Of a stretch of 64,000 bases of DNA, positions 21,353-31,485 are shown one piece after another. Below the pieces are notes generated by a model. It worked only from the letters and a program-made list of their open reading frames with translations. It searched no databases and had not been told where the DNA came from. The translations under genes and the position numbers were made by a program. How positions within the stretch are numbered: position 1 is the first letter of the stretch; the number at the start of each line of letters is the position of its first letter. Source of the stretch: Candidatus Bathyarchaeota archaeon (GTDB taxonomy: Archaea > Thermoproteota > Bathyarchaeia > TCS64); NCBI GenBank assembly GCA_963771885.1, contig CAVYVF010000022.1, positions 320,001 to 384,000 on the forward strand, read 5' to 3'.

Positions 21353-22024
21353 GTGATACGGGTGGAGTCTAAGAGGCTGCTCTACTGCGGTATTGCTCTT
21401 CTAGCCTTGTTTGCCGTAGCTGACCTCGCCGTGAAAACGGGCGTATCCCAGCCCTTTGATGTGACGGGGTTCACCTCAGTAAACTCGCTGAGACCTCCAG
21501 ACTTTGTCGACTCGGTCATGGTGGGGATTACCCTATACGGACGCGAAGTCGTGTGGGGGGGTCTGATAGTGGCTCTGTTCTTCTTCGGAGACGAGCGTGA
21601 GAAGAAGGCTGCGCTGACTATGGGGGTACTCTTCGTGTTGCTAAGCGGAGCAGGGTATGTTGTAAAGGGTCTCGACGGTAGGATTCGCCCATATGACGCC
21701 ATAAATGGCATCAGGCTTCTCGTACCCCCGGAGTCGGACTCCAGTTTCCCCTCGGGCCACACGTTCATAGTGGCGGGAGGAGCGGCTGTTGCATGGCTTT
21801 ACCTAAGGAGGTGGCTGGCGGCGCTGCTCACAATTGAGGCGTTTTTTGTCGCTATTTCGAGGGTTTACGTGGGCGTCCACTACCCGATGGATTTGATCGG
21901 CGGGGTACTGCTTGGGGCGGGTTTCGCTTTGATACTCTGTTCAAGCCCCGGATTTATTGATAGGTTATATGGCAAGATACCTAGAGCGTTGAGTAACTTA
22001 AGCCGAGTCTCACTGCCTGCTTAG
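21353..22024 (+). CDS. PAP2 family membrane phosphatase
   Basis: K..DGRIRP, SFPSGH, SRVYVGVHYPMD. Confidence 0.93.
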   Translation: MIRVESKRLLYCGIALLALFAVADLAVKTGVSQPFDVTGFTSVNSLRPPDFVDSVMVGITLYGREVVWGGLIVALFFFGDEREKKAALTMGVLFVLLSGAGYVVKGLDGRIRPYDAINGIRLLVPPESDSSFPSGHTFIVAGGAAVAWLYLRRWLAALLTIEAFFVAISRVYVGVHYPMDLIGGVLLGAGFALILCSSPGFIDRLYGKIPRALSNLSRVSLPA

Positions 22025-22483
22025 GTAGATGAGTATTGCTGATGCAAGTGTCGTGAAGACGTCCGGTAACAGGTTGAAGAGGTTGAATATATTCGTCCCG
22101 TTGAACCCGTTTATCCAGATCATTATCGGGTTGCTGGTTATAGAGTAGAGGAATAGTGTGGCGGAGAAGAGGACGAGGCAGAGACTGAAGTTGGAGCGCG
22201 TCTCACGGTATATACCGTAGTAGAGGATCATTAGATAGACGAGAAGACAGGAGTTGATCAGAGCCAGCACTGTCCTCCCCTGGATGTAGAAGACGAGAAT
22301 ATTGCTGATCTCCATCAGCTCCTGGGGCGTCATAAGCTCAAGCAATGGACGACCGGGGCGCCCGAATAATGAGTAGAGTGTGTTCAGGGGCCCAAGGAGG
22401 AGCAACAATATCACTGCCAGCACGACGATTATGGCGATTGGCCCCCACTGTGTCTTCTGCATCCGGTTCTCATTTCCGTCCAT
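22010..22483 (-). CDS. Conserved hypothetical membrane protein, co-transcribed with a wHTH regulator
   Basis: 4 TM; pattern Y..TRS.FSL.L..F....ILIYLS as seen in archaeal ArsR-associated membrane proteins. Confidence 0.75.
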   Translation of the reverse strand: MDGNENRMQKTQWGPIAIIVVLAVILLLLLGPLNTLYSLFGRPGRPLLELMTPQELMEISNILVFYIQGRTVLALINSCLLVYLMILYYGIYRETRSNFSLCLVLFSATLFLYSITSNPIMIWINGFNGTNIFNLFNLLPDVFTTLASAILIYLSRQ

Positions 22484-22796
22484 CGTTTTTCAACCTTTTA
22501 CCTATTCTATTCCAAATCTCTTCGAAATCGGTATAGTTTTGCTCGAGGTCCTGACTAACGAAGAAGACCTTCCCGTAGTGTTCCCCAACCGAGGTTATGA
22601 GGCGGTTTTTCTCGAGCACGTCGAGGTGGTGACGGATTGTGCGATAGTCGACTTCGAGGAGGTTGCAGAGTTGGTTGGCGTTGAGGGGTTCCTGTTTGAT
22701 GGCCTCGATTATCCTCCCCCTGTTGACACCTCCCCTGGACCCCTCTATTAGCCAGAGGAGCAGCTGCTTGTAGGAGCGCCGAGAGAGGGACATCAC
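22470..22796 (-). CDS. ArsR-like winged-helix transcriptional regulator
   Basis: LLWLI.GSRGG.NR.RII, NANQL, DYRTIRHHLDVL. Confidence 0.88.
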   Translation of the reverse strand: MMSLSRRSYKQLLLWLIEGSRGGVNRGRIIEAIKQEPLNANQLCNLLEVDYRTIRHHLDVLEKNRLITSVGEHYGKVFFVSQDLEQNYTDFEEIWNRIGKRLKNDGRK

Positions 22797-22938
22797 TTCA
22801 CCGGCTGGTTTCGCTGATTACGTTGTTGAGGATTCCCTTAAAGGTTGACCGGGTTGATCCGGAACGAATTATGGTGTGATCTTGAAAAATTGTTTATGAG
22901 CAGCCGATCTAATCGGTTCGACAGAAGAAAGTTGTCAG

Positions 22939-24303
22939 GTGACGGATTTGACTGAAGAAAACAAGGATGTGCCACAAGAGACAGGTGCCAACGAGGCGAA
23001 AGAAGACGCCATAGCTAATGAACAAGCTCCAAACTTAGAGGAAGAGAAGAGGAGGGAGACGCCGTCATTTTCCCCTGCTCCTGAGCCAAGGGCGGAAGCG
23101 AGTCCGGCCTTCCATGAGAGGCGGAGCGGGCTCAACATGATACTTGCGGCTCTTTTGATTCTCAGCCTCGGGTTCTCGGCGTTCGTATACCTAGACAGCA
23201 GTAGCCGGGTGGATGTTCTGACTGGGCAGGTTTCGACGCTCACGTCGTCGATTCAGACGCTTAGCGACAAGCTTGTGGAGTCGAATTTCAAGATCAACAC
23301 TCTGACTACCAGACTGAACAACATTGGCAATGGAGGGAATGGTTCGGGCTTAACTGACGTGACCGTATTGTACGAGCAGGTGAAGGGCAGCGTCGTGCTG
23401 ATTAGGTCGACGCTTCCGCAGGGTACGGCGACGGGCAGCGGCTTCATCTATGACATGCAGGGGAGGATAGTGACCAACTACCATGTCATCGAGGGGGCTA
23501 ACAGCATCACAGTGACGTTCATCAATGGCACAATAGTGCCTGCGACTGTGGTTGGGACCGACCCCTATTCAGATATCGCGGTCATAGATATTGACGCTCC
23601 GCTTTCACTGCTTAAGCCCCTGGTACTGGGCAACTCCTCTGCCCTAAAGGTAGGCGAATCTGTGCTGGCAATCGGCAACCCCTATGGCCTCGCAGACACC
23701 CTGACGACTGGTATAATCAGTGCCCTCGGGAGGGAGATGGATTCCGCAAGCGGATATCCGATAGTTGACGTGATACAGACAGATGCAGCCATCAACCCGG
23801 GCAACAGTGGCGGGCCACTGCTCAATATGTATGGGGAGGTCGTGGGGATAAACACCGCCATCGCCTCGTCGACATCGACGGGGATCGGATTCGCAGTCCC
23901 AAGCAACACGATAGCGCGTGAGATCGACAGCCTCATCGTAAACGGCACCTATGCTCAAGTGTACATCGGGATACAAGGCGTAGATGTCACTCCGAACATT
24001 GTAGCAGCCATGAATTTGCCCGCGGGTACACATGGGACACTCCTAACAGGGGTTACAAATGGGGGCCCCGCCTCTGTGGCGGGACTCAGGGGCGGCTCGA
24101 CCTTCCGGGTCATCGACGGTGTCAACATGTTAATCGGGGGGGACGTTGTAACGGCCGCAGACGGCACCGAGTTGAAGGGTATATACGACTTCATACTCTA
24201 CATGCAGAGGAACAAGAGACCCGGAGACCCCATCTCCCTTACCATCATAAGAGGTGGATCGACGATGACGGTCAACGTGACGCTTGGGACGAGGACCGGC
24301 TAA
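22939..24303 (+). CDS. htrA: Membrane-anchored HtrA/DegP serine protease with PDZ domain
   Basis: TM helix, TNYHV, SDIAV, IQTDAAINPGNSGGPL, C-terminal PDZ. Confidence 0.93.
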   Translation: MTDLTEENKDVPQETGANEAKEDAIANEQAPNLEEEKRRETPSFSPAPEPRAEASPAFHERRSGLNMILAALLILSLGFSAFVYLDSSSRVDVLTGQVSTLTSSIQTLSDKLVESNFKINTLTTRLNNIGNGGNGSGLTDVTVLYEQVKGSVVLIRSTLPQGTATGSGFIYDMQGRIVTNYHVIEGANSITVTFINGTIVPATVVGTDPYSDIAVIDIDAPLSLLKPLVLGNSSALKVGESVLAIGNPYGLADTLTTGIISALGREMDSASGYPIVDVIQTDAAINPGNSGGPLLNMYGEVVGINTAIASSTSTGIGFAVPSNTIAREIDSLIVNGTYAQVYIGIQGVDVTPNIVAAMNLPAGTHGTLLTGVTNGGPASVAGLRGGSTFRVIDGVNMLIGGDVVTAADGTELKGIYDFILYMQRNKRPGDPISLTIIRGGSTMTVNVTLGTRTG

Positions 24304-25667
24304 TTCTTGGGGGCCTTTTTCGGGAGTCCCACTCCTCTGAAGCTTAATCCCAGCTTTAGGCACTCGTCCTGATCGAAGACGTTTCTGCCATCGACGATTA
24401 CAGGGGTTTTCATGAGTTTTTTAACTTCCTTCGGGGTGAGCTTTTGGTATTCTCTGTGACGCGTTGCTACTATGAGGCAGTCTCTCCCCTTGATCGCATC
24501 GCCGATGTCCGAGGTGATCTTCATGCCCTCATACTCCTTCACGTAGGGGTCGTGTGCGATTAGGCTCTTGCACTCCTTTTTGAGGGCGTTATAGAGGGAT
24601 TCTGTGGGAGTGTTTCGTGTATCGTCGCTGTTCTCGAGGAAGGCAACTCCCAGGATGGCGATCTTTGCGTCCTTCAGGCTGACGCCTTTCTCTGCGAGTG
24701 CCTCCTTGGTTAATTGCACCATGTGCTCTGGCATCGAGTCGTTCAGATACCTGCTCCCCGTGATGATGCGTGGCTCGAATTTAGTGGACCCGTATGTGTC
24801 CAGTCCGTACTTGAGGAGCCAGCTGTCCTTTGGGAGGCAGTGGCCGCCGACACCCGCGCCAGGTGTGTGCATGTTCCTGTAGGGGTTGGCGGATGGGTTG
24901 CTGTTGTCGTTTGGGAGGCTGTTGACGAATCTGCGTACATCGTGTACGTTGATGCCGAGGCTCTCGCAGGCGAGAGCTACCTCGTTCGCGAAGGCGATGT
25001 TTACGTCGCGGTAGGCGTTCTCGGTTACCTTAGCTACTTCCGCTGTGAGGGCGTCAGTAGCGTGCAGGTTAGCTTTGACGATGTGACGATATAGTTCGAT
25101 GCCTCGCCTCGTCGACTCAGCGTCGACTCCTCCGACTATCCTGTCGTACATCGTCAGGTTGTGGAGGAGGCGCCCGACCATTACGCGTTCGTAGCTGAAT
25201 AGGAGCCCAAAGTCGGTACCTGCTTTGAGACCGCTGTGTTTCTCGAGTATGGGCTTAGCGAGGTGCTGCGTCGTGCCGGGTGCAACCGTCGATTCGAGAC
25301 ATATGAGTACGTCTTTCCGCATGTTGTCGCCGATGTCGGCAAGGACTTGCCTTAGGGACTCGTACTGCGGGATATGATTTTCATCGACGGGTGTCTGGAC
25401 GGCGATTATGATTGCATCTGCGTCACTGTAGGTGGCTACGTCGTCGGTGACGTGGAAGGTGCCCTTATCGTGAATCCGCTTGATGAGTTCTGGTAGCCCC
25501 GGTTCATCGGCTTCGATGACCGATCTACCTTGATTTAGGGCGTCAATCTTCCAAGCGGAGCGTGGAGATCGGCGCTGAATACCAGTGACCTTGAAGCCCG
25601 GCACATCTGCGAATAAAGCGGCTACGGGCGTCCCGACATAGCCCATCCCGACCACTACGACGTTCAT
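24300..25667 (-). CDS. Nucleotide-sugar 6-dehydrogenase (WbpA/WecC-like)
   Basis: GMGYVG, ESTVAPGTT, ENAYRDVNIAFANE, GVGGHCLPKD. Confidence 0.92.
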   Translation of the reverse strand: MNVVVVGMGYVGTPVAALFADVPGFKVTGIQRRSPRSAWKIDALNQGRSVIEADEPGLPELIKRIHDKGTFHVTDDVATYSDADAIIIAVQTPVDENHIPQYESLRQVLADIGDNMRKDVLICLESTVAPGTTQHLAKPILEKHSGLKAGTDFGLLFSYERVMVGRLLHNLTMYDRIVGGVDAESTRRGIELYRHIVKANLHATDALTAEVAKVTENAYRDVNIAFANEVALACESLGINVHDVRRFVNSLPNDNSNPSANPYRNMHTPGAGVGGHCLPKDSWLLKYGLDTYGSTKFEPRIITGSRYLNDSMPEHMVQLTKEALAEKGVSLKDAKIAILGVAFLENSDDTRNTPTESLYNALKKECKSLIAHDPYVKEYEGMKITSDIGDAIKGRDCLIVATRHREYQKLTPKEVKKLMKTPVIVDGRNVFDQDECLKLGLSFRGVGLPKKAPKN

Positions 25668-25734
25668 CAGAAATCCTCTGTCTGGGTCTATTAGGATCAT
25701 CGATTATATCTACCTTGTTTATACATTCTCCTCC

Positions 25735-26688
25735 ATGAAGCGCGTTTTCATCGACACCGATGGTGAGTTCGACGACTACATGGCACTTGTGCTCGCATTG
25801 AAGTCCAAGGACCTATTCGTGGAAGGTATAAGCACCCTGAGCGGGATACGAAACCTGAGGGATTCGACCGACGACGTGTTAAATGCCGTCGAGCTCCTCG
25901 GCAGGGGGGACATACCGATTGCGGAGGGACTGGAGGTCTCAATGTCCCAGAACCTTACCGAGGAGAGAAAAAATATCCTCAATATCTGGAAGATGGGTGG
26001 GAGGACGTCGACGAAGGCGATCCGCCGTCCCGGAATAAAGCCTGTGAAGGAGGACGGCGTCAGCCTCATGATCAGGAAGGTTATGGAGGCCCCTGGAGAG
26101 GTGACCCTCATAACCCTCGGGGCACTCACAAACGTTGCCTCTGCGTTGCTCAGGGAGCCACGGTTCTCGAAGAAGGTGAAAGAGGTCTATTCCATGGGCG
26201 GTGCTGTACTCGTGCCTGGTAACACTACCCCTGTCGCCGAGTTCAACATCTGGGGCGACCCCCTCGCCGCCAAGATATTCTTCAACTCAGGCATGCACAT
26301 CACCATGATCGGTCTCGAAACCTACTACCAGCCCGTACTATCAGGCGAGGAGTGGGTCAAAGTCAAGGAGGCGAATGAGGCAACGAAGTATTGCTTCGAT
26401 AATTTTGCCCCATGGTTCAGCTACCTTATCGGACTCCATCCCGACTGGAAGGGGGGACTACAGGTCGGTGACGGTCTCACGGTAGGCGCAGCCATTGATC
26501 CTACTCTCATGAAGTGTAGGCGGTGCTTCATAGACGTCGAGACGAAGGGTGAGTTGACGGTCGGGCAGACGGTCGCCTACGGCCTTTCGAGGAGGCACCT
26601 ACTACCCAAGGAGGCGAACACCGACCTTACCGTCGACTGCGACTGGAAGAGGTTCAACCGTCTCTTCGTCGAGAAGGCCACATCTTAG
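25735..26688 (+). CDS. Inosine/uridine-preferring nucleoside hydrolase family protein
   Basis: DTDGEFDD, LTNVA, MGG..GN.TPVAEFNIWGDP. Confidence 0.9.
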   Translation: MKRVFIDTDGEFDDYMALVLALKSKDLFVEGISTLSGIRNLRDSTDDVLNAVELLGRGDIPIAEGLEVSMSQNLTEERKNILNIWKMGGRTSTKAIRRPGIKPVKEDGVSLMIRKVMEAPGEVTLITLGALTNVASALLREPRFSKKVKEVYSMGGAVLVPGNTTPVAEFNIWGDPLAAKIFFNSGMHITMIGLETYYQPVLSGEEWVKVKEANEATKYCFDNFAPWFSYLIGLHPDWKGGLQVGDGLTVGAAIDPTLMKCRRCFIDVETKGELTVGQTVAYGLSRRHLLPKEANTDLTVDCDWKRFNRLFVEKATS

Positions 26689-26778
26689 GTCCTAGTCTTA
26701 ATAGTGATTCTGTTGGGTACTCGTTATATTCTACCCATATCTCTGTAGCTAGGTATCGTCGTAAAAAGAGGAAGTACA

Positions 26779-28017
26779 ATGGGAGACAGCCTCATCACGA
26801 AAGGGGTACAGTTCCTACGGAAGCAAGAGAGCGCTTTCAACGTCAACATGGTACGTCGATCGGTCGAGAACTTTGCCATCACGCTTGTGCAGCAGTACCA
26901 GTCAATCTACCTGATCGCCCTCGGCGCCGGCTCGGTTCAGGTGGGACTCGTCAATAGCCTCGCCGGGGTGGGTTCCACTCTCACAGCTCTCCCGTCAGGG
27001 TGGGCGATAGACCGTTATGGTTTGAAGAAGACGTTCTATTTTGGCACTATCTTCATGGCGCTCGGGTCGCTCCTCTTTGGCCTCGCGACGAACTGGATCT
27101 TCACAATCCCCGCCATGTTCATCTTCACGATCGCGGCGAGGGTTAACCAGACCTCATGCCCCGTAGTATGCGGCAGCGCCCTCGTTAACGAGGACCGCGC
27201 CGTTGGCATGCAGCTATGCGACAGCCTTGCTGCGATCTCGGGGATAGTCGCCCCCATAGTGGGAGCAGCGATCATCGCCGCGAGCGGCGGAATGACAGCC
27301 GAGGGATTGAGACCGATCTTCTACCTGCAGCTCGCAGTGCTTGCGGTCGAGTTCGTAATAATCGCCTGGAAGTTCAACAATCCAAGCAAGCGCGTCGCGC
27401 CGAGGAGCGGGCTCGGCATGATGGAGGGGGTTAAACAGGTGCTGGAGAAGGGCGTTGCGGTTAAGAGGTTCCTCCTATATCAGAGCATCCAGACCGTGCC
27501 CTTCTACCTGAATGCAATCTACATCCCTCTCTACGCGGCTGAGGTGAAGGGAGCCGACGCCTACACACTCGGGGGTATGGCAACGGCGGCCCTGCTCGTA
27601 CCGCTCATACTCTCGATCCCGAGTGGGAGGCTGGCCGATCGCCTCGGGCGGAAGAGGGTCGTCTACCTCTGTCTCCCCCTCTACTGCCTATCCCTCGTCC
27701 TCCTCGCCGTCGCGCCCGTGGGAGCGTCATGGATCATCATCGCGTCTGGTGTACTGCAGGGATTCTACATGCTTGGGATGGTAACGGGGAACGCGATGAG
27801 GGCGGAGATCGTGCCAATAAGTCTGCTTGGAAGTTGGGGCGGGCTGCTCGGATTATTCGGGGGAATTGTTGGCATCATTGTGCCCATAACTGCGGGTTTC
27901 ATGTGGAACTCGTTGTCACCCGTCTCCGTCCTCCTCCTACTGATCGCTTCGACTCTAGTCGGCGGTGCCGTTCTGACGACGATGCCTGAGACGCTTAAGA
28001 TGAAGAGGGAGATCTAG
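26779..28017 (+). CDS. MFS transporter
   Basis: 12 TM; GWAIDRYG and GRLADRLGRK motif A repeats. Confidence 0.9.
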   Translation: MGDSLITKGVQFLRKQESAFNVNMVRRSVENFAITLVQQYQSIYLIALGAGSVQVGLVNSLAGVGSTLTALPSGWAIDRYGLKKTFYFGTIFMALGSLLFGLATNWIFTIPAMFIFTIAARVNQTSCPVVCGSALVNEDRAVGMQLCDSLAAISGIVAPIVGAAIIAASGGMTAEGLRPIFYLQLAVLAVEFVIIAWKFNNPSKRVAPRSGLGMMEGVKQVLEKGVAVKRFLLYQSIQTVPFYLNAIYIPLYAAEVKGADAYTLGGMATAALLVPLILSIPSGRLADRLGRKRVVYLCLPLYCLSLVLLAVAPVGASWIIIASGVLQGFYMLGMVTGNAMRAEIVPISLLGSWGGLLGLFGGIVGIIVPITAGFMWNSLSPVSVLLLLIASTLVGGAVLTTMPETLKMKREI

Positions 28018-28055
28018 ACCCTCAAGTTCATTAGTTTGTATACTGGTTTAGGGTC

Positions 28056-28961
28056 GTGGCGGTCCAGAGCTCACTTCGGGGGAACTTGGTTCCTTTCCTT
28101 GCGATGGGCGCTCTCTTCATAGTCGTCGATGTAGCGGCTCTCGTCTTCGTCGGGCCATTCGTAGACGTCGGGCTCTTCGCCTTCGGGGACACGGGGGACC
28201 CTGTTAATGTGGCCTATTTCGTCTTGATGATGATTGCCACGACGGCTTTCGTACTGGCTATAAGAAAGTTCAGGGGCGGCGCGTTGGTCAAATGGGTTTT
28301 GAGGGGGGCGATCGGTGTCTCCATCTTTTCGACCTTCTACTCGCTATCCTGGGGCGTACTTGGAGACCCGGCTGCACTCATAACATCGGCCGCCTCGGCC
28401 CTGCTCTGCGTCCTCGCCCTCTCGAAGTGGCCGCGATGGTATGTCATCAACTTCGTGGCGTTGCTGCTGGGAGCTGTTACGACGGCTGTACTCGGAATAT
28501 CCCTGTCTCCGCCCCTCGTTTCAGTCCTGCTTCTGCTTTTATCGGTCTATGACGCCATCGCGGTCTACAAGACCAGACATATGCTCGGCCTTGCGGAGGT
28601 CATCCTCAACTCGGGGTTGCCGCTTGTGCTCATCATACCGAGGCGTGGCGGGTATGTCGACGATCAGAAGGTCGTGATACAGAGTGGGAGTACAACGGGG
28701 GAGCGACGTGCCTTCTATATGGGATTAGGTGACCTGATCATCCCTGGCTGTCTCGTAGTCTCTGTTTACTCGTTGCTCGGCGTTAGTGGCTTGCCGGTTA
28801 TTGCCGTAATCGTATTAGGGACTCTGCTTGGATTTGTGGTATTGGCTACATACGTTGTGAGGGGGAATCCCCAGGCGGGGCTGCCATTTCTGTGCGGTGG
28901 CGCACTTCTGGGGTATCTATTATCTAGTTTCCTGTTTTATGGTAAGCTTATCGGGCTCTGA
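28056..28961 (+). CDS. Presenilin-family intramembrane aspartyl protease (PSH)
   Basis: VYDAIAVYKTRHM, MGLGD and QAGLPFL motifs intact. Confidence 0.93.
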   Translation: MAVQSSLRGNLVPFLAMGALFIVVDVAALVFVGPFVDVGLFAFGDTGDPVNVAYFVLMMIATTAFVLAIRKFRGGALVKWVLRGAIGVSIFSTFYSLSWGVLGDPAALITSAASALLCVLALSKWPRWYVINFVALLLGAVTTAVLGISLSPPLVSVLLLLLSVYDAIAVYKTRHMLGLAEVILNSGLPLVLIIPRRGGYVDDQKVVIQSGSTTGERRAFYMGLGDLIIPGCLVVSVYSLLGVSGLPVIAVIVLGTLLGFVVLATYVVRGNPQAGLPFLCGGALLGYLLSSFLFYGKLIGL

Positions 28962-29190
28962 ATTAGAAGAGTGGAAGAGCGCACGCGCTTGCGGTTCTTT
29001 GCAGAATGGGATGCAGTCTCGCAGATGCTGAGAGCTAAGGCTGTCTTCGCTGCTCACTGGTTTCGATTTATCGTAACGCACCCATAGTGGTGATAAAGGT
29101 ACTAGAATCGTTTCGGCAAATCTTCGCTGCGATACGAAGACGGTCAGCATGCCTATTGTAGGTTAACAATAATAATGCGGATCTTCATAG

Positions 29191-30258
29191 TTGAATGTGG
29201 AAAAAATATCCATCGTCTACGACGAGGGAATCTCGGAGTACGATTTCGGTGAGGAATATTCATTAAGGGGGGATAGGTTTCCCCGCTATCTTCAACTCCT
29301 AAAGTCGGAGAAGGTTTTGGATGACCCTGAGGTTAGTGTTGTCTCACCCAAACCTGCAACGGATGAGGACTTGGCTCTCGTTCATTCTCGGGAGTACATT
29401 GGGAAGGTTAAGCGATTGGCTGAGAGAAGGGAATATCTTTCGGATGATACCCCGTTGAAGCCCGAGATTGTCGAGGCGGTCAGGCTCATCGTTGGCGCTG
29501 CACTCAAGGCGGGGGAGGAAGTAATTGGAAGTAGAGTAAAGATGAGCCAGGGTGTGGGGGGTGGACTTCACCATGCAGGGAGGGATTATGGTGAAGCTTG
29601 GTGTGTCTTCAACGATGTCGCGGTGTGCGCTAGGGCGTTGACTGAGCGACATGGGTTGAATCGCGTGCTCATCTTCGACACGGATGCCCATACGGGGAAC
29701 GGTACAATGGACATCTTCTATAAGGAACCCAAGGTTCTGTACCTTTCCGTGCATCAGGATCCCGACACTATTTACCCTCACACAGGATATGTCGGTCAGA
29801 TCGGTGAGGGAAAGGGCGAGGGGTACACTGTTAATGTGCCCTTGCCGAAGGGAGCCGATGATGCTTGTATAGAATTAGTGTTGAAAGAGGTGTTCAGGCC
29901 GATCGTGAAACAATTCAAGCCCCAGATAATCATTCGGAACGGTGGAGCTGACCCTCACTATCAGGATGAGTTGGCAGACCTTGCTTTAACGTACAGGGGA
30001 CTGTGGTCGATCGGACGAGCAGTTTCTGAGGCCGCGGAGGATGTCGGTTGCGGGGTTGTGGATCTCCTATGTGGAGGCTATAATCCTGGCTTTGAGGAAT
30101 TCGGGCTCTATGCCCTGCTCTCAGGAAGTATGGGAAAGCCACTGACATTTAGTGAGAAGGGGAGAAAGCCAAAACCGGATCCGGAGGTGCTACAGAAGAC
30201 GGTTGAGGTGATCAAGGGTCTTGGCGAGGTGCTCTCCTCTTATTGGAGGATCACTTAG
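29191..30258 (+). CDS. Zn-dependent histone deacetylase family protein (AcuC-like)
   Basis: GGGLHHA, CVFNDVAV, DTDAH.GNG, NVPL, GADPH, GGY. Confidence 0.92.
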   Translation: MNVEKISIVYDEGISEYDFGEEYSLRGDRFPRYLQLLKSEKVLDDPEVSVVSPKPATDEDLALVHSREYIGKVKRLAERREYLSDDTPLKPEIVEAVRLIVGAALKAGEEVIGSRVKMSQGVGGGLHHAGRDYGEAWCVFNDVAVCARALTERHGLNRVLIFDTDAHTGNGTMDIFYKEPKVLYLSVHQDPDTIYPHTGYVGQIGEGKGEGYTVNVPLPKGADDACIELVLKEVFRPIVKQFKPQIIIRNGGADPHYQDELADLALTYRGLWSIGRAVSEAAEDVGCGVVDLLCGGYNPGFEEFGLYALLSGSMGKPLTFSEKGRKPKPDPEVLQKTVEVIKGLGEVLSSYWRIT

Positions 30259-30267
30259 GCTTGATCG

Positions 30268-30747
30268 GTGGTTGGCGTGACGGAAATTGTGTCTGAATTG
30301 AGGGGTTTTTGGGGAACTAGTGACCCCCGGGTTCTAATCATTGGAGTCGGAAGGAGGATAAGAGGCGACGAGTCGGCGGGGCTTCTCGTGGCGGAGTATC
30401 TCAGGGGTAGGGTGGGGGACCACCTGGTTGTGGTCGCTGAGGATAGACCCGAGAACTATACAGATGTGATCAGACGATACAACCCGTCTCGGATCCTCTA
30501 CGTCTTAGCTGCGAGGAGCGGAGGCGCACCTGGTGAGACGAGGTTGGTGCCTTTTGAAGAGCATGAGAGGGTACTGTTGCACGAGTCGCCGCTGACTACG
30601 CTGAACCACTTTCTCTCTTCCCTGATGGGGGTTGAGGTGAGTATGCTGCTCATCGAGCCCTGGACGGTGATGGGTGAGGAGTCACCCGGCATGATACGGA
30701 CAGCTAAGTTGATCGCCGAGGAAATAGTGAACTCTCTGCCAAACTAG
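30268..30747 (+). CDS. Degenerate hydrogenase maturation protease-like protein
   Basis: IIGVG..IRGDESAG, PENY, GGAPGE resemble the HycI at 3808, but the DAA Asp is replaced (VLAA). Confidence 0.7.
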   Translation: MVGVTEIVSELRGFWGTSDPRVLIIGVGRRIRGDESAGLLVAEYLRGRVGDHLVVVAEDRPENYTDVIRRYNPSRILYVLAARSGGAPGETRLVPFEEHERVLLHESPLTTLNHFLSSLMGVEVSMLLIEPWTVMGEESPGMIRTAKLIAEEIVNSLPN

Positions 30748-31358
30748 AATTGAATGCAAAAGTTCTCAAGGAGTTGGCTTGTCTTCACGAGTCTAACACC
30801 CATTCGTCGCCAATCGACGAAGCACTGCTCAGCATTTTCGGCGTCTATCTCCTTAATGGCGTCTTCAACGACTATCGTTTTGTAGCCAAGCTCTACAATG
30901 TATCTGACAGCGAGGTCAACGCAGATATCTGAGGCTACCCCGTAGACCGTGACGAGGCCCGGGGCGATCTTGGTTAGGAATGGCTTAACGTTTGGGTTTG
31001 TGCGAGCGTCGTTGTGCTGCTTCTCGAATAATAGTTGGGCACTGCTCGTGATGGATTCGTTGAGCTGCTCTCCGGTTAGTCTTCTGGAGGGGATATGTAT
31101 AGGTGTTTCCCGTATTGACTCGGGGACCTTGAGTTGGCCGGGTGTGCCGTAAATGCAGTGTGGGGGCCAAGTACCGAACTCGGGGTCTCGAGGTGTGTGG
31201 GCGTCGACAGATCCTGCGTGTATGAGGTCTTTGTGATTGGCGTTTGTGAGTCTCTTGAGGTTGGGGAGGATGGTGGTGGCGCCGGGGGCGGTTAATTTGC
31301 CGTTCGGGTCGATGAAGTCGTGCTGGGTATCGACGTCCCAGAGTAGAGTCTTCGCCAT
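30744..31358 (-). CDS. pncA: Nicotinamidase / isochorismatase-family cysteine hydrolase
   Basis: DVDTQHDF, DAH, WPPHC, EK, GVASDICV; adjacent to pncB. Confidence 0.85.
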   Translation of the reverse strand: MAKTLLWDVDTQHDFIDPNGKLTAPGATTILPNLKRLTNANHKDLIHAGSVDAHTPRDPEFGTWPPHCIYGTPGQLKVPESIRETPIHIPSRRLTGEQLNESITSSAQLLFEKQHNDARTNPNVKPFLTKIAPGLVTVYGVASDICVDLAVRYIVELGYKTIVVEDAIKEIDAENAEQCFVDWRRMGVRLVKTSQLLENFCIQF

Positions 31359-31485
31359 GTTAGGTGTGGCTCATTTCTTAGAATTTAGATTTGTTTGTGT
31401 TACCCCTTAGATTAAATGGGTGTTAGGGGTAGGCGCATGCGTTCGTATCATTTTTTTATCGTTTTGAGAGTGTGTGTTTTGTCAC

